From positions 23,250,001-23,314,000 of the forward strand of contig OZ024740.1 in assembly GCA_964016885.1 (NCBI GenBank): DNA of 64,000 nt, read 5' to 3'. A program made the position numbers and the translations under genes. Shown one piece after another: positions 18,941 through 33,238 of this stretch. The notes beneath the pieces were generated by a model, which saw nothing but the letters and a program-made list of their open reading frames with translations, did no database searches and was not told the origin of the DNA. The DNA is from Eledone cirrhosa (lineage: Eukaryota). Within the stretch, counting starts at the first letter, position 1. Every line of letters starts with the position of its first letter.

Positions 18941-21900
18941 ATGGCCAATATAAGAGTTGGATGTGTGAATGTACGCGGCCTGGGGATTCCCTGGAAACAG
19001 GGCAAACGCTTAAACGACTTCAGGTCGTACAGTATGGATGTAGTAGCCATTTGCGAGTCCAGGATCCACAGCGAGCGACAACTGGCCCCCATCTTCGACG
19101 ACTTTGAGATCTACGCATCTCTCTGTCAGCCGGGAGGTGGGAGTGGGGTTGCCGTTTTGCTGCGGAAACACCTGGACCTCGTAACACAGACGGTACATCT
19201 AGACTCGGAGGGTCGACTGGTGGTCCTAGACGTTGACGGTAGTGATCGTGGTGCCTTCAGGCTGGTGGCCGCATATGCCCCATCCGCGACACCGCGGCCA
19301 GACTTCTTCAAACGTCTAGAGACTTTTCTGGGAACTTCCCGCTCCATGATGTTAGTGGGGGACTACAATGGAATCCTAGATGCACGTTGGGACTATGTGG
19401 GAGCATGTCCCGATAGAGGGGTCTGTAACAGCCTCAAAGAGTTAATCGGATGATTTCAACTGGCCGATAGATATCGACTAGATTTTCTAACTGTTCCACT
19501 GTGGCCGTGGACCAACCATAGCGGAACATCTAGATCGTAACTAGAAGGGTTTCTAGTTAGAGTTAGCGATAGGGACATGTTAAGCTGTCCATGTTCATGG
19601 TTGCCTATTCAGATCACAAACTAGCGACCTGCTTAGTTAACCTTGACAGAACCCATAGACAGGGACCCGGCTACTAGAAGCTGAACTTGTCGTTACCGAC
19701 ATGCAAAACCTACAGTAGACGGATTAGCACTTTAGTTAAGCAGCACTTGACAGGGGCCATTGTCAACAACAGATGGTGGTACTCTCTCAAGAGGGAAGTT
19801 AGATTAGACTCGATAGGCTTTAGTAAAGAATTAGTGTTAGATAGAAATAAGATCGAAAAGGAACTGGTAGATAATGTAGAAGAGGCATTTAGGAGTGGCA
19901 ACGTAGTCAGCGTGCTAGCGAGGAGAACGGCCTTGGACCAGTTCTTCGACGCAAAGCACGAAGGCTGCGTTGTCAGGAGCAAAATACATTCTCTGGAAAA
20001 CAGGGAGCCAAAGCTGTTAGCTGGGCCCGAGTGACGGAGGCGAAAAGTGGCAACAAGTCCACGATCCGGTCTTTGAAGGACCAAGAGGGACGCGTGATAC
20101 GTGAGCCGAAGCAGAAGTGCACGGCCTTTCAGCGGCAATTTGATCAACTGTTCGGGCAGGGCGGCGCGCCGGGAGAGGCTATAGATTTCAGTACATACTT
20201 CGACGGCCTGCCGCGGCTCTCGGACGGCGAGGCGAAGTTAAGGCCGATTTCTACCGCTGAGATAGGGGACGCGCTGAGCCAATGCGGCAAACGCAAATCA
20301 CCAGGTCTCGTCGGTCTACCCTACGAATTTTACGTAGCAATGCCGGACTTGTTCTCCGATCTCCTGGAAGCGGTCTACTGCAAGTGGGAGCAGAACGGGA
20401 GAATTCCCAGTTCTGTGATCAAGGGCGTAGTCACGTTAGTCAGGAAGGACGAGAATAAGGGGGATGACATAGGCAACTTCCGGCCCATAACTCTGCTAAA
20501 CACATTACATATTTTGGCCCATACTCTGCTAAACACATTACATATTTTGGCCCATAACCCTGCTAAACACATTACATATTTTGGCCAAGGTGTTGGCAAG
20601 GAGGCTGGCGCTTGTCGTCGAAAACCTGGTGGGAGAAGCGCAGACATGCGCAATACCGACCAGGTCCCTACACGACAACCGCCACCTCGTGCGATACTTC
20701 ATAGAGAGGGTAGACTGTAAACCCGGCTTCGGTGGGGCCCTGATCAACTTGGATCTGTCTAAGGCTGTCGATAGGGTTGACCATCGTTACCGGGATGCGG
20801 TGCTCGAGGCGGCAGGCTTCGGACCCGTGTTCAGAGACTGAATTGCTGCAATGCACAGCAGCAACATCTGCCCAAGGGTCAAGGTGAACAGCTACCTCTC
20901 GGAGCCGTTCCATATCACGCGATCCATTCGGCAGGGATGCCCTCTGCCCTTCCTTCTGTACGTACTGACTCTCGAGCCACTACTGTGGAAGTTGGAGCTA
21001 TTGCAGGGCATCCCTTTGGAACCGGGACTACGAAAAGCGGCGTCGGCCTACGCCGACGACGTGACAGTAATGGTGTCAAGCACCTCGCAAATCAGGGAGA
21101 TCGGCACTTTACTGGGGGAATACGAAAGGTTCACAGGCGCGAAGCTGAACCGGAACAAATCCGTCGGTTTGCAACTCAGAACGTGGAGAGGCAAACCGAT
21201 GCCTTCCGATGGTGTCGTCGGAAGCTGGACGGAAGGACCGGTAAAGCTGCTCGGGGCCTGGTTTGGTCCGGACGTTCAGGTGGAGAAGAACTGGAACGAG
21301 GTACGGCCAAGGTCTTTGCGCTCACCCAGAAGTGGGCCGAGAGCAAACTATCCTTGAAAGATCGAGCGGAGGTGGCGAACACTTTTATAGCGTCTGTCAT
21401 CTACTACCACTTGACCGTCGTGCCTTGTCCAGCTAAAACACTCACCAAAATGGAGCGCGCGCTCTTCCAATTCCTTTGGAAAAAAGGGACTCCTTTGGTG
21501 AGAAGATCCATCTGCTGCCAAAACCCTTCAAACGGAGGGCTGGAGATACCATGGCTGACCATGCGCAAATACGTGCGGCACCTCCAGATATTCCTCACCG
21601 GACAACCGGTGTGGGCCCCGTTCGTGAGGCGAGCATTCCCACGATTCTTCTCTCTGACCGAGCTGCAGTCCTGGGTCAAGAAAAGAGCGTGGAAAATGGG
21701 TGACTGGCACATCGAATTTGCTCAGGCGCTCACAGTCCTCTTGAAAACGGACCCGGCGATCAGTGGAAACTCCACTTCGACCTTCTATAGAGGGTTGGTC
21801 CGCGATGACGCGCTCGGAGAAACTCTAGGCTAGAGGAGGACGAACTGGCCAGTCTGTTAGGTAGGACCTTCCACCCGGGACCAATGGTCAACTTCCAAAT

Positions 21901-22411
21901 GTCTCTGTCCTGGCAGTGCTACCGAGGAGCTCTACCAGTTCTAGACAAGTTCTACAGACACGGGAGCCCGGGCAGGGACCCTTCGAAAAAGATCTGTCCG
22001 AGATGCGTGCGCGACGAGGAAACCGTCGCGCACGCATTTGTATACTGCCCGGGCGTTACAGACCTGTGGGGCTATGTAGAACGACTATTGTCGCGGGTGG
22101 GACCAATCCAGTTGACCACCGAATCCATTGTCATGATCAAACCGCTACCCTCCTTCAAAAACGAGGGAGAGGCGGTTTTCCTATGTGCTATGGCTATGGT
22201 GAAAGAGGTTATATGGTGGACGAGGTTAAAAAGGCTGAGGTCAGACACCTTTCTCTCCGTCGAGCAACTGATTCGTTTTTGCAAATATCATTTTGGAAGA
22301 AGAATCAGGATGGAGAGAGAGGTGCTGTACCCCAGCAAATTTTATAAAAGGTCGGTGAATGTGGCAAAGATGGCTCGAGTGGTTGAGCCTTCTCTCTATA
22401 TAAGCCTGTAG
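18941..22411 (+). pseudogene. LINE ORF2 remnant (AP endonuclease + reverse transcriptase)
   Basis: NVRGL, GDYN, SDH (APE); KSPG, FRPITLLN, DLSKAVDRVDH, RQGCPL, YADD (RT); CPRC..EET..H; many stops and frameshifts; 33-34-bp triplication at 20482-20586. Confidence 0.93.
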
Positions 22412-22971
22412 GTTGAGGAAAAAGAGGAAGAAAGGAAGGGAGTACTCACTCTTGGTGCTCCTGGAGATGAGGGTTGTACATTTTTCGGGGTGTGTACAAC
22501 CTCTGTGTAACACCTCTCCCCTATTGGGGATTTCAATTGTTATTTGTATTTTATTAATAGTTTTATTTTCATATACCTGTATGTAAACTCCCCATTTGTA
22601 TTTGTCTCCTTCTTTTGTGCCCTTGTGGCTAATAAAGAAATGTATCTAAATATGTATATATACATATATATTGTATCTCTTCACCTATCTCTCAGTTTCC
22701 GAAATACGGATACATAGATACATACACAGACACACATATATTGCTCTCTCTCTCTCTCTCTCTCTCTCTCCCCCCCCTCTCTCTCTCTCTATCTCTCCAT
22801 TAGTCTCTCTTTCACACTTTCCCTCTTTCTCTCACTCTCTTACTCGTTTTCTCTCATTAGCTTCCAAACATACTTATAATTACAAACATACATACACACG
22901 CACTTCCATAGTTCACACACACATATAACAACACTCAATCTCTTCGTCATTCTTTCTGCCTATCTGTTTGC

Positions 22972-23050
<79 letters not shown>

Positions 23051-23102
23051 GCTCTCTCTCTCTCTCAAATACACACAGCTACATATACATATATATATAT
23101 AC

Positions 23103-23228
<126 letters not shown>

Positions 23229-23807
23229 TTACACGCATAAACTTTACATCTAAATTGAAAAGAAAAGGGCCGAAAGTTTAATTAAAACATGCCGGACAGC
23301 AGCCATCAAGTTAGATCTTGGAACAATAGCTGGTCTTTCACTCGATTGGTTTCGTCTGGGGAAAATCTCTTGGCGAGATATTATGACCGACATTTTGTTG
23401 GAAGAGAGCAATGTGGTCCATCAAATGTTGGTGCTGCCAATGGTTGTCTCTTGAATACTGTTCACATAGTCAATGTGTTTATAGAGTCTTGTTAATATTC
23501 TAACATTCTATTATGTTACTACTGTTCTATCATGTCGTGGGAATGTCAGTCTCACTATTTATCTCACTGTTTACATATCTATTTATTTCTTAATTTCACG
23601 CTCTTTCTCCCTCCGTATATCCACTTACTAACTCTTTCTCCTACTCTCTCTCTCTCTCTCTCTACCCCACCCCCCCATATTTATATGTACATATATACTT
23701 ATATACAAATATATATGTATACACATATATATATGTGTGTTTGTGAATTTATATATATATATGTATATATATATATAAGTATGTATAAATAAGAGGGTTA
23801 TGTGTCC

Positions 23808-24677
23808 GTAAATAATCGTCGGATTATCAGGTCCCTAGATAGGGTCCCTTGGCACTGGAAAATTCAAGTGTATGGTATAAAGAAACGTTACATATCGTCG
23901 AGGCTGAAATTAAACAATGCCGCCAAACGCACAACAAGATGGCTTTTTGTAGGGAAATAAACTTATTGAATAGAGATGGGTTTCAAGCGAGGCAACTCCT
24001 TGAAGATCCAAATTCGACAATGAGAGTTGTAACTAAGATAATGTCAAAAGAAGTAGCTTATAGGTAAAGTTATAATGAGATATGTGACTAAGATAATGCG
24101 AGGGAAGTAACTTATAGGTGTTTACGTGGTGGACTAAATATATTTTAGTTTGTTAGTTATGGGGGGAGGGGGGCTAAAACGATCGGCTAAGGTGTGTCAA
24201 ATATTCTGTTAGCGAAGGAGCTCCCTCTGCGGTGGTGGCAGTTGATGATCAACTCATTCCTGTCATTTATGGGGGTTGGCCTTGGCAGAGTTATGTGATA
24301 GGCCTCTGTGAGACAGAGATCTCAACAATTTTCTCTCGTTAAACGCTGGAGATCTAGCCAAGATATCCCAAGTTAGTGAGTGTTTATCTCTGTACAATAA
24401 GGTTATTTCCCTACAAGAAGCCACCTTGTTGTGCGTTTGGCGGCATTGTTTATTTTCAGCCTCGACAGATATGTAACATTTCTTTATACGATACACTTGA
24501 ATTTTCTAGTGCCAAGGGACCCATCTAGGGACCTGATAATCCGACGATTATTTACAGAGCTGGCATATCTAAGAACTGACTAACCGCCTGATGAGTTCAT
24601 AGCCATTCAATGGCTATCATCGAAATATATATAGCAGTAAATAAAGGATTGAGTTCATGCAATTGACTTATGTTACG

Positions 24678-24680
<3 letters not shown>
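23808..24680 (+). mobile_element. Fold-back element with ~170-bp inverted arms and 3' hammerhead
   Basis: ~23808-23977 is the reverse complement of ~24386-24555; hammerhead follows; (TA)n on both flanks. Confidence 0.7.
24583..24638 (+). ncRNA. Minimal type I hammerhead ribozyme motif
   Basis: accgc-CTGATGA-g ttc atagcca ttcaa tggctat cat c-GAAA-tatata-TA-gcagt; palindromic loop 3; one mismatch in stem I. Confidence 0.7.
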
Positions 24681-24758
<78 letters not shown>

Positions 24759-25128
24759 GATAACATAATATCGTTATAGGTAATTCAGTTAGAGGTTGTG
24801 AATACTTCGCATTGTGGATAGTTTTAGCGCACGGTGTTGTTTGACTCAACAAGGGATTTTCGTAGGTGGCGAGTTTATAAGTTCTCTTGAATTCCTATGC
24901 AGGTTAATCTTGGAGTAATAATAGTGAAAGAGTGAATAATAACATGGTCAACGGTAGAAAAAGTTTTTTTTATTTACAGTCTTAACAATTGTTTCACTGA
25001 TTAAGTTGTCTAAAAATTGCTGAACACTTGAAGCTGTGCCAATCAATTTTAAAACAATTGTTAAAACCATTGTTAATACTGTATATAAAACCATTTTTGT
25101 ACTGTTGACAATGTTATTCTTCACTCTC

Positions 25129-25215
<87 letters not shown>

Positions 25216-25255
25216 TTTACGAATGTCACCGAAGTTATTTCAACGACCTCTGACA

Positions 25256-25310
<55 letters not shown>

Positions 25311-25312
25311 AT

Positions 25313-25410
25313 AAGGTTGACTTTGCCTTTCATCCTTACGGTCTCGATAAAATAAAGTACCAGTAATGCACTGGGTATGTGCTGGCCTTGTGCCTAAAGT
25401 AGAAACAATT
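25313..25410 (+). mobile_element. 5'-truncated SINE copy
   Basis: ggttgactttgcctttcatccttacgg...ggccttgtgcctaaagtagaaac. Confidence 0.8.
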
Positions 25411-25818
25411 ATTATTATCTAGTATTTTTTTACCCTAGCCAATATGGTCCCTTAGGATTTCAACACATATATAGTAGATCCTACAAAACTATTTCTGTCT
25501 TAAAAAACCACCAAAACAACTGATATCTCTGAACAAGTAGGTGACGGGAAAATGAGACACAATAAGTACCAGGCAAAACTACAGAATAATGACAGACTAT
25601 TTAGTATTAGCTTCACTTCAGTATTGAGTACTCTCTTCTCTCAAGCACGTCAACTAGATACTGATATATATATATATATATATTATTACTATATATAAGA
25701 GTACATGTAAGTGTGATTGTGTGTATACATATACAAACTTTGCCACGCAGACATACACAATATATTTACGAATGTATGTTTGCCCCTATGTCAATATTAA
25801 AACAAACATATGAAAACG

Positions 25819-25849
<31 letters not shown>

Positions 25850-25887
25850 ATGTATGTATATATATATATGTATATATATACATACAC

Positions 25888-26052
<165 letters not shown>

Positions 26053-26174
26053 TAGAGAGATTTAAAAGAGTCGAAGACAGTGTCATAGCATCGGTATGCA
26101 TTTAACCAACACATACACACATATATATGTATATATATATGTGTGTGTATATATATATATATATATACACACAC

Positions 26175-26287
<113 letters not shown>

Positions 26288-26359
26288 CATATAAATATAT
26301 ATATATATGTATGTATATACATATACAGGTATATATATATATATATATAATACATATAT

Positions 26360-26566
<207 letters not shown>

Positions 26567-26567
26567 C

Positions 26568-26608
<41 letters not shown>

Positions 26609-26619
26609 ACACACATATA

Positions 26620-26658
<39 letters not shown>

Positions 26659-26973
26659 GTTGCTGTATGGTAGTGAAATCAAATCAACTTAGAAAAACAA
26701 ATCGAAGACATTTTTGATTGATGGGACTTTAAATAAATTACTAACTATTGTGTGTTGTGCCATGGTTGGGGGCTTGGAAATGTGTGTCAGTGTATGTATA
26801 TTGGGGTGTGGGGTGTCTGTATGTATGTGTGTGGGGTGTATGTGCGTATGTGTACATAAAGACGCATCTGCACACACACACAAGCAAACGTGCGCTCGTT
26901 CGCCTACACACATATATATATATATACAATATTATTACACAGGAAAAAACTACAGAAGGTAAAACAAGTAAAT

Positions 26974-27060
<87 letters not shown>

Positions 27061-27204
27061 ACGTGTGTGTGTGTCTGTATGTTTGTCTATGTGCATTAGG
27101 GCAAATGTATATATATATACGTATATGTATATACGTACCTGCTCTCATACATGCGCGCTTACACAGACACATACACGCAATGATATATATAAGTGTTTGT
27201 ATAT

Positions 27205-27240
<36 letters not shown>

Positions 27241-27454
27241 AATACAGCATATTCGAGGTTCGATCAGCAGCTAAACCAACGAATGCTTTCTGCAGTGCAG
27301 TCAAGCACTCGACAAGGTATAGACCTCAGAGTAATAACATACAGTTTAACGGGCTTTGCAAATTGAAAATAGCGACCACTAATTCAGCCGCGTGATCAGT
27401 AGCAACAAAAGAAGTCAAGCACTCGACGAGTAATAGACCTATATATATATATAC

Positions 27455-27488
<34 letters not shown>

Positions 27489-27559
27489 TGAGAGAGAGAG
27501 AGAGAGAGAGAGACATACTTATATATATCAATATGTATCTCTCTCTCTCTCTCTCTCTC

Positions 27560-27618
<59 letters not shown>

Positions 27619-27984
27619 TATTCCACCAGGTTGCGGTGTGTCTGATACTGTTGTTAGAACTCAATATGCCCTTGGAAGGATGGTTACAGAGAGATTTGGC
27701 ATGTATATCATATATATGCGTTTATACATAAAAAGTTAGTGGTCTCCCCTTGGTTCATGGTATGTTTATTGCAGTATTTCAATGTGAAGTGTATTGTGCT
27801 AAGAATTAATTTATGTCGATGTTTTCAGTGGTGAGAGTACTCAGACAGATACTCTCTTCTGCTACATCCGCAGTAGAAACAGTTAGAAGGATTATATAAG
27901 AAACAATGCATTACAGGTAGAGTCCACCCATCAAGATTTCACAGGATAGTTCTATTTAAGTTTACTATTCACTGTCTAAATCAG

Positions 27985-30005
27985 GGTTCTATTGTGGTTC
28001 TATCGTGGTTCTATCGTGGTTCTATTGTGGTTCTATCATGGTTCTATCGTGGTTCTATCATGGTTCTATGGTGGTTCTATCATGGTTCTATTGTGGTTCT
28101 ATCGTGGTTCTATCATGGTTCTATTGTGGTTCTATCATGGTTCTATCATGGTTCTATCGTGGTTCTATCATGGTTCTATTGTGGTTCTATCATGGTTCTA
28201 TTGTGGTTCTATCATGGTTCTATTGTGGTTCTATCATGGTTCTATCGTGGTTCTATCGTGATTCTATCGTGGTTCTATCGTGGTTCTATCGTGGTTCTAT
28301 CATGGTTCTATCATGGTTCTATCGTGGTTCTATCGTGGTTCTATCATGGTTCTATCGTGGTTCTATTGTGGTTCTATCGTGGTTCTATCGTTGTTGTATC
28401 ATGGTTTTATCGTGGTTGTATTGTGGTTCTATCGTGGTTCTATCATGGTTCTATTGTGGTTCTATCATGGTTCTATCGTGGTTCTATCGTGGTTCTATCA
28501 TGTTTCTATCATGGTTCTATCATGGTTCTATCATGGTTCTATCATGGTTCTATCGTGGTTCTATCGTGTTTCTATCGTGGTTCTATCATGGTTTTATCGT
28601 GGTTGTATTGTGGTTATATCGTGCTTCTATCATGGTTCTATCGTGGTTCTATCGTGGTTCTATCGTGGTTCTATCATGGTTCTATCGTGGTTCTATCGTG
28701 GTTCTATCATGGTTCTATTGTGGTTCTATCATGGTTCTATCGTGGTTCTATCGTGGTTCTATCATGGTTCTATCATGTTTCTATCATGGTTCTATCATGG
28801 TTCTATCATGTTTCTATCATGGTTCTATCATGGTTCTATCATGGTTCTATCATGGTTTTATCGTGGTTGTATTGTGGTTCTATCGTGGTTCAATCATGGT
28901 TCTATCATGGTTCTATCATGGTTCTATCATAGTTCTATCGTGGTTCTATCGTGGTTCTATCATGGTTCTATCATGGTTCTATCGTGGTTCTATCATGGTT
29001 CTATCGTAGTTCTATCGTGGTTCTATCATGGTTCTATCGTGGTTCTATCATGGTTCTATCATGGTTCTATCGTGGTTCTATCGTGGTTCTATCATGTTTC
29101 TGTCGTGGTTCTATCGTGGTTCTATCAAGGTTATATCGTGGTTCAATTGTGGTTCTATCGTGGTTCTATCATGGTTTTATCGTGGTTGTATTGTGGTTCT
29201 ATCGTGGTTCTATCATGGTTCTATCGTAGTTCTATCGTGGTTCTATTATGGTTCTATCGTGGTTCTATCGTGGTTCTATCGTGGTTCTATCATGGTTCTA
29301 TCCTAGTTCTATCGTGGTTCTATCATGGTTCTATCGTGGTTCTATCATGGTTCTATCATGGTTCTTTCGTGGTTCTATCGTGGTTCTATCATGGTTCTAT
29401 CGTGGTTCTATCATGGTTCTATCATGGTTCTATCATGTTTCTATCGTGGTTCTATCGTGGTTCTATCATGGTTCTATCGTGGTTCTATCGTGGTTCTATC
29501 AAGGTTCTATCGTGGTTATATTGTGGTTCTATCATGGTTCTATGGTGGTTCTATCGTGGTTCTATCAAGGTTCTATCGTGGTTCTATTGTGGTTCTATCG
29601 TGGTTCTATCATGGTTCTATCGTGGTTCTATCATGGTTCCATCATGGTTCTATCGTGGTTCTATCGTGGTTCTATCAAGGTTCTATCGTGGTTCTATTGT
29701 GGTTCTATCGTGGTTCTATCATGTTTCTATCGTGGTTCTATCATGGTTCTATCATGCTTCTATCATGGTTCTATCGTGGTTCTATCGTGGTTCTATCGTG
29801 GTTCTATCGTGGTTCTATCATGGTTTTATCGTGGTTGTATTGTGGTTCTATCGTGATTCTATCATGGTTCTATCGTGGTTCTATCATGGTTCTATCGTGG
29901 TTCTATCAAGGTTCTATCGTGGTTCTATTGTGGTTCTATCGTGGTTCTATCATGGTTCTATCATGGTTCTATCATGGTTCTATCATGTTTCTATCATGAT
30001 TCTAT
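27985..30005. repeat. 11-bp satellite (ggttctatcRt)n, ~2 kb
   Basis: Direct reading of tandem units. Confidence 0.98.
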
Positions 30006-30112
30006 GAAGATTCAATCGATGCATACCAAGTTTGTATATATTGTTTACTTACTATCGTTTCTTTCTTCCTATGGTCCTGTGTGAAACTTATATATATATA
30101 TATATATATATG

Positions 30113-30744
30113 ATGACTGAACGCTGGTTATCGAGTATGGCCACTGCACGATATAACATTATTAATAATTATCACTTAATGCTATCGTGCAATGCTTGTT
30201 CGTGAAGATTGTTTTAAAGTGCGGAAAGACTGTGCACTGAGCCAATCCCACTCTCTGATCGACAGAGCTATAACCCGAAAAGAAGAAAACATCAACAACA
30301 TCGGTCACTACTGAGCCGCAGGTTTTATTTCGGAGTTATCCCAGTTTCATGAGTTGCCTTCCCCTAGAAGAATGCCCTGACAAAGGCTAGGAGTCCTTCA
30401 CTCCCAGTGGTTTAACCGCGCGATCGGGTGTCCAGCCCGACTATTTCTATGTCCCCGCGCATATACATACATATGCATACATGTATATATATATATATAT
30501 ATATGTATATACATACATACATGCTTATATGTATATACATATTTACACATTTTATGAGTAAATATATATATATTTGCACTCTATGAGTTCTGCTTTTTGT
30601 AGGTTTAGATTTTGTCCTAATGGGTGTCCAAAATAACCAAGCAAACCTGATGGAGTTGCCGGTTTAGTCACCGATGACTCGACCATGTGACACAGGTTGT
30701 AGTGGGTTATATGTTACCAGTAGCACTCAAAGGTGACCCGACAT
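30113..30744 (-). mobile_element. Diverged relative of the ~610-bp RTE-related element, interrupted by microsatellite
   Basis: Minus strand starts atgtcgggtcacc..tgctactggtaacat..tacaacctgt; 30240-30405 aligns with 10695-10845. Confidence 0.7.
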
Positions 30745-30768
30745 TATATACGTACATACATATATGTA

Positions 30769-30867
<99 letters not shown>

Positions 30868-30894
30868 ACACACATATATATGTATATATATATC

Positions 30895-31235
30895 ACCTTT
30901 AACGCACACCCAAGGCTTGGGCCCCGTGCCATCTGCCCACGACAAAAATCTCACTCGCATCTCATAACAACAATACGGCACAATTATTTCCCCTCAATTG
31001 GCCCCGCTCTCTTTAACATTACACCAAAACACATTAAAACAGAACCAGACTCCATCAAGTTCAAAAACTCTTTGGACAAATTCCTTCAAGAAATCCAGGA
31101 TAAACCTCCAACACCCGGATATGCCTCCGTAAACAATAACTCTCTACTTGAGTGGGCCATCGTGCCCAAATCCTGATTTGAAAGAGTAAGCCGAGTGGTG
31201 CTATTAAGTTAGACATGGCCTGGGCCAAAACTGGT
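30895..31235 (+). mobile_element. 3' fragment of CR1/L2-group LINE
   Basis: [35 protein letters not shown] resembles the ORF2 C-terminus of CR1-group LINEs. Confidence 0.7.
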
Positions 31236-31269
31236 TATATATATATGGTGACCCAGCATGGCCTCAGCA

Positions 31270-31484
31270 AGTAAGTTATTCCGGGTAGAATCGGAGGTAA
31301 CCACACTAAGTAAGGTACTCAATACATAGCAGAGTATAATAGTTTTAATATAGATGAGATTCTACAGGATTAGAACTGTTTCATTCTTTAGAAAGAATCA
31401 GGAATCTGGCTTTCAAAAGCCAGATTCCTGATGATTTCTAAAGAATGAAACAGTTCTAGTCCTGTAGAATCTCATCTATATTAA

Positions 31485-31490
<6 letters not shown>
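31270..31490. mobile_element. Fold-back Penelope-pLTR-like element (family A, second member)
   Basis: Palindrome ~31338-31490; tail homologous to 11085-11168; followed by (TA)n. Confidence 0.75.
31422..31472 (+). ncRNA. Type I hammerhead ribozyme with intact core
   Basis: agattc-CTGATGA-t ttc taaa gaa t-GAAA-cag ttctagtc ctg-TA-gaatct. Confidence 0.8.
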
Positions 31491-31553
<63 letters not shown>

Positions 31554-32941
31554 AATACATGTATATTTATATATAGAGAGACAGTGATACGTGCATATAT
31601 ATATATATAAATACAAAAACAGAAATGTTCACCAGTTGCCCACACATGAAATCACACTTGCTTTCCAGCTCATATAAACTTAACTCACTTTCAGATACTT
31701 ATCCTCCATAAACTCATATTCTTCACTTTCCTTAAATTATCCTCTTTACAGACTTCTCGTTCTGATTTACTTTCATTTTTAACTTTATTTTTAATTTTAT
31801 TTTTATTTTTACTTCACATTCACCATTAACCCCCCCACCACACCCCTACTTTCGATTCACTCACCTAATATCTTCACATTCCACATTTTACTTCCCCATT
31901 TTCTTTCACTTCCTGATATAAATTGTCACTTGCGTTTTCCACTCCAGATATATTATGTTGTTTCGCAGCCGATTTTATATTTGCACTCATTTATTCATAT
32001 GGCTGATTTATAATCTGTATCTGTGTCTGAGTGTGCTTATGTGTGTATACGTTCTGTAAATATGTATACGAACGCCTCCGTATGTGTGCGTGCGTACGTA
32101 TATATATGTGTGTGTATGTGTGTTTTTATATCTACGTTTTTTTTATATCTATGTTTTTTACATTCTTATTTATACGTGTGTGTGTATGCGGGTGAATGTA
32201 TGTATATGTGTATGTATATGTGTATGTATGTATATGTATGTATTGGTGTGTATGTATATATGTATATATGTATATAGTCGCGTACGTACGTGTGATTAGA
32301 TATACATGGGGCGATATATATATATACGTGCCTCGTGTGTATGTATGTACGCATGCATGCGCTTTTGTCTGTACGTATTTGTGTGTATAAATATTTTTTT
32401 ATATATATATGTGTATGTACGTGCGTATCTATGTTCGTTTTCTTTTCTCTACTGTTAATTGATTACTTTCTCTTTGATTTAAACATTTTTTCATTCTCAT
32501 ATATTGTTTCATTTTTATACTTATATCGAGAATGACATTCCTATTACACTCCCTTCCCTCTTTATCTTCCGCATATAAGTGACCGGACGTGTGTGTGTGT
32601 TTATACGCGTGCTTTCATACTCGTATGTGTATTTAATACCTGTATCTCGATGCGTGTCAACTATATTATCATACAATTTCTTTTTCACCTCATATTATAT
32701 AAGTATTTGTGGTCACATATACACAAATATACTTGCCCTCATATATGTGCTTACGCACACATTTTCACCATACACATGCATTTGTACATACACACATATG
32801 TACATTTGTGAGTGTATATACATACATATACACATACCCTAACCATATTTCCTTATTTTTTTATATATATCTTGCATTACTTTTATTTATATATTTTTTG
32901 CATTTCTTGAGGAGACTTTCCAAATATTTCACTATGTTTTA

Positions 32942-33019
32942 AATTCCCTTGTCCGACGAACGAATGAGGACGTTTTTCGTATTCGTCTTATTCGGGAAAC
33001 CTCTGGTAATGAGGTAATT
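32942..33019 (+). ncRNA. Hammerhead motif in upstream pLTR (U4C core)
   Basis: aattcccttgt-CCGACGA-long stem II-GAAA-cc tct gg-TA-atgaggtaatt. Confidence 0.65.
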
Positions 33020-33238
33020 ATATTGTATTGTTTATTATACATTATATTTTGCTCTGGTACTTACATAGAGCAGTCTTCACTCCTATGAATTTTTCAATTT
33101 TCCACGGAAACTTCAATACTTATACAGCTCCCAAGGGAATGATCGCAGTATATTCTACATTTTTATGAGATTGGCACCTTCCAGCCCTTTTAAAGTCGAG
33201 CACTCTTCAGTCAATAGGATCTTAAACCAATACTGAAC

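Larger units (their letters stand above)
16898..22640 (+). mobile_element. Near-full-length decayed Tx1/L1-clade non-LTR retrotransposon
   Basis: 5' UTR, ORF1 remnant with CCHC knuckle, ORF2 with APE + RT + Cys-rich end, AATAAA at 22631. Confidence 0.92.

Noticed and set aside
23289-23495. 68-aa ORF or possible terminal exon in unique sequence
   Set aside because: No recognisable motif and ambiguous frame and strand
27992-30007. VLSWFY repeat ORFs
   Set aside because: 11-bp satellite cycling through frames
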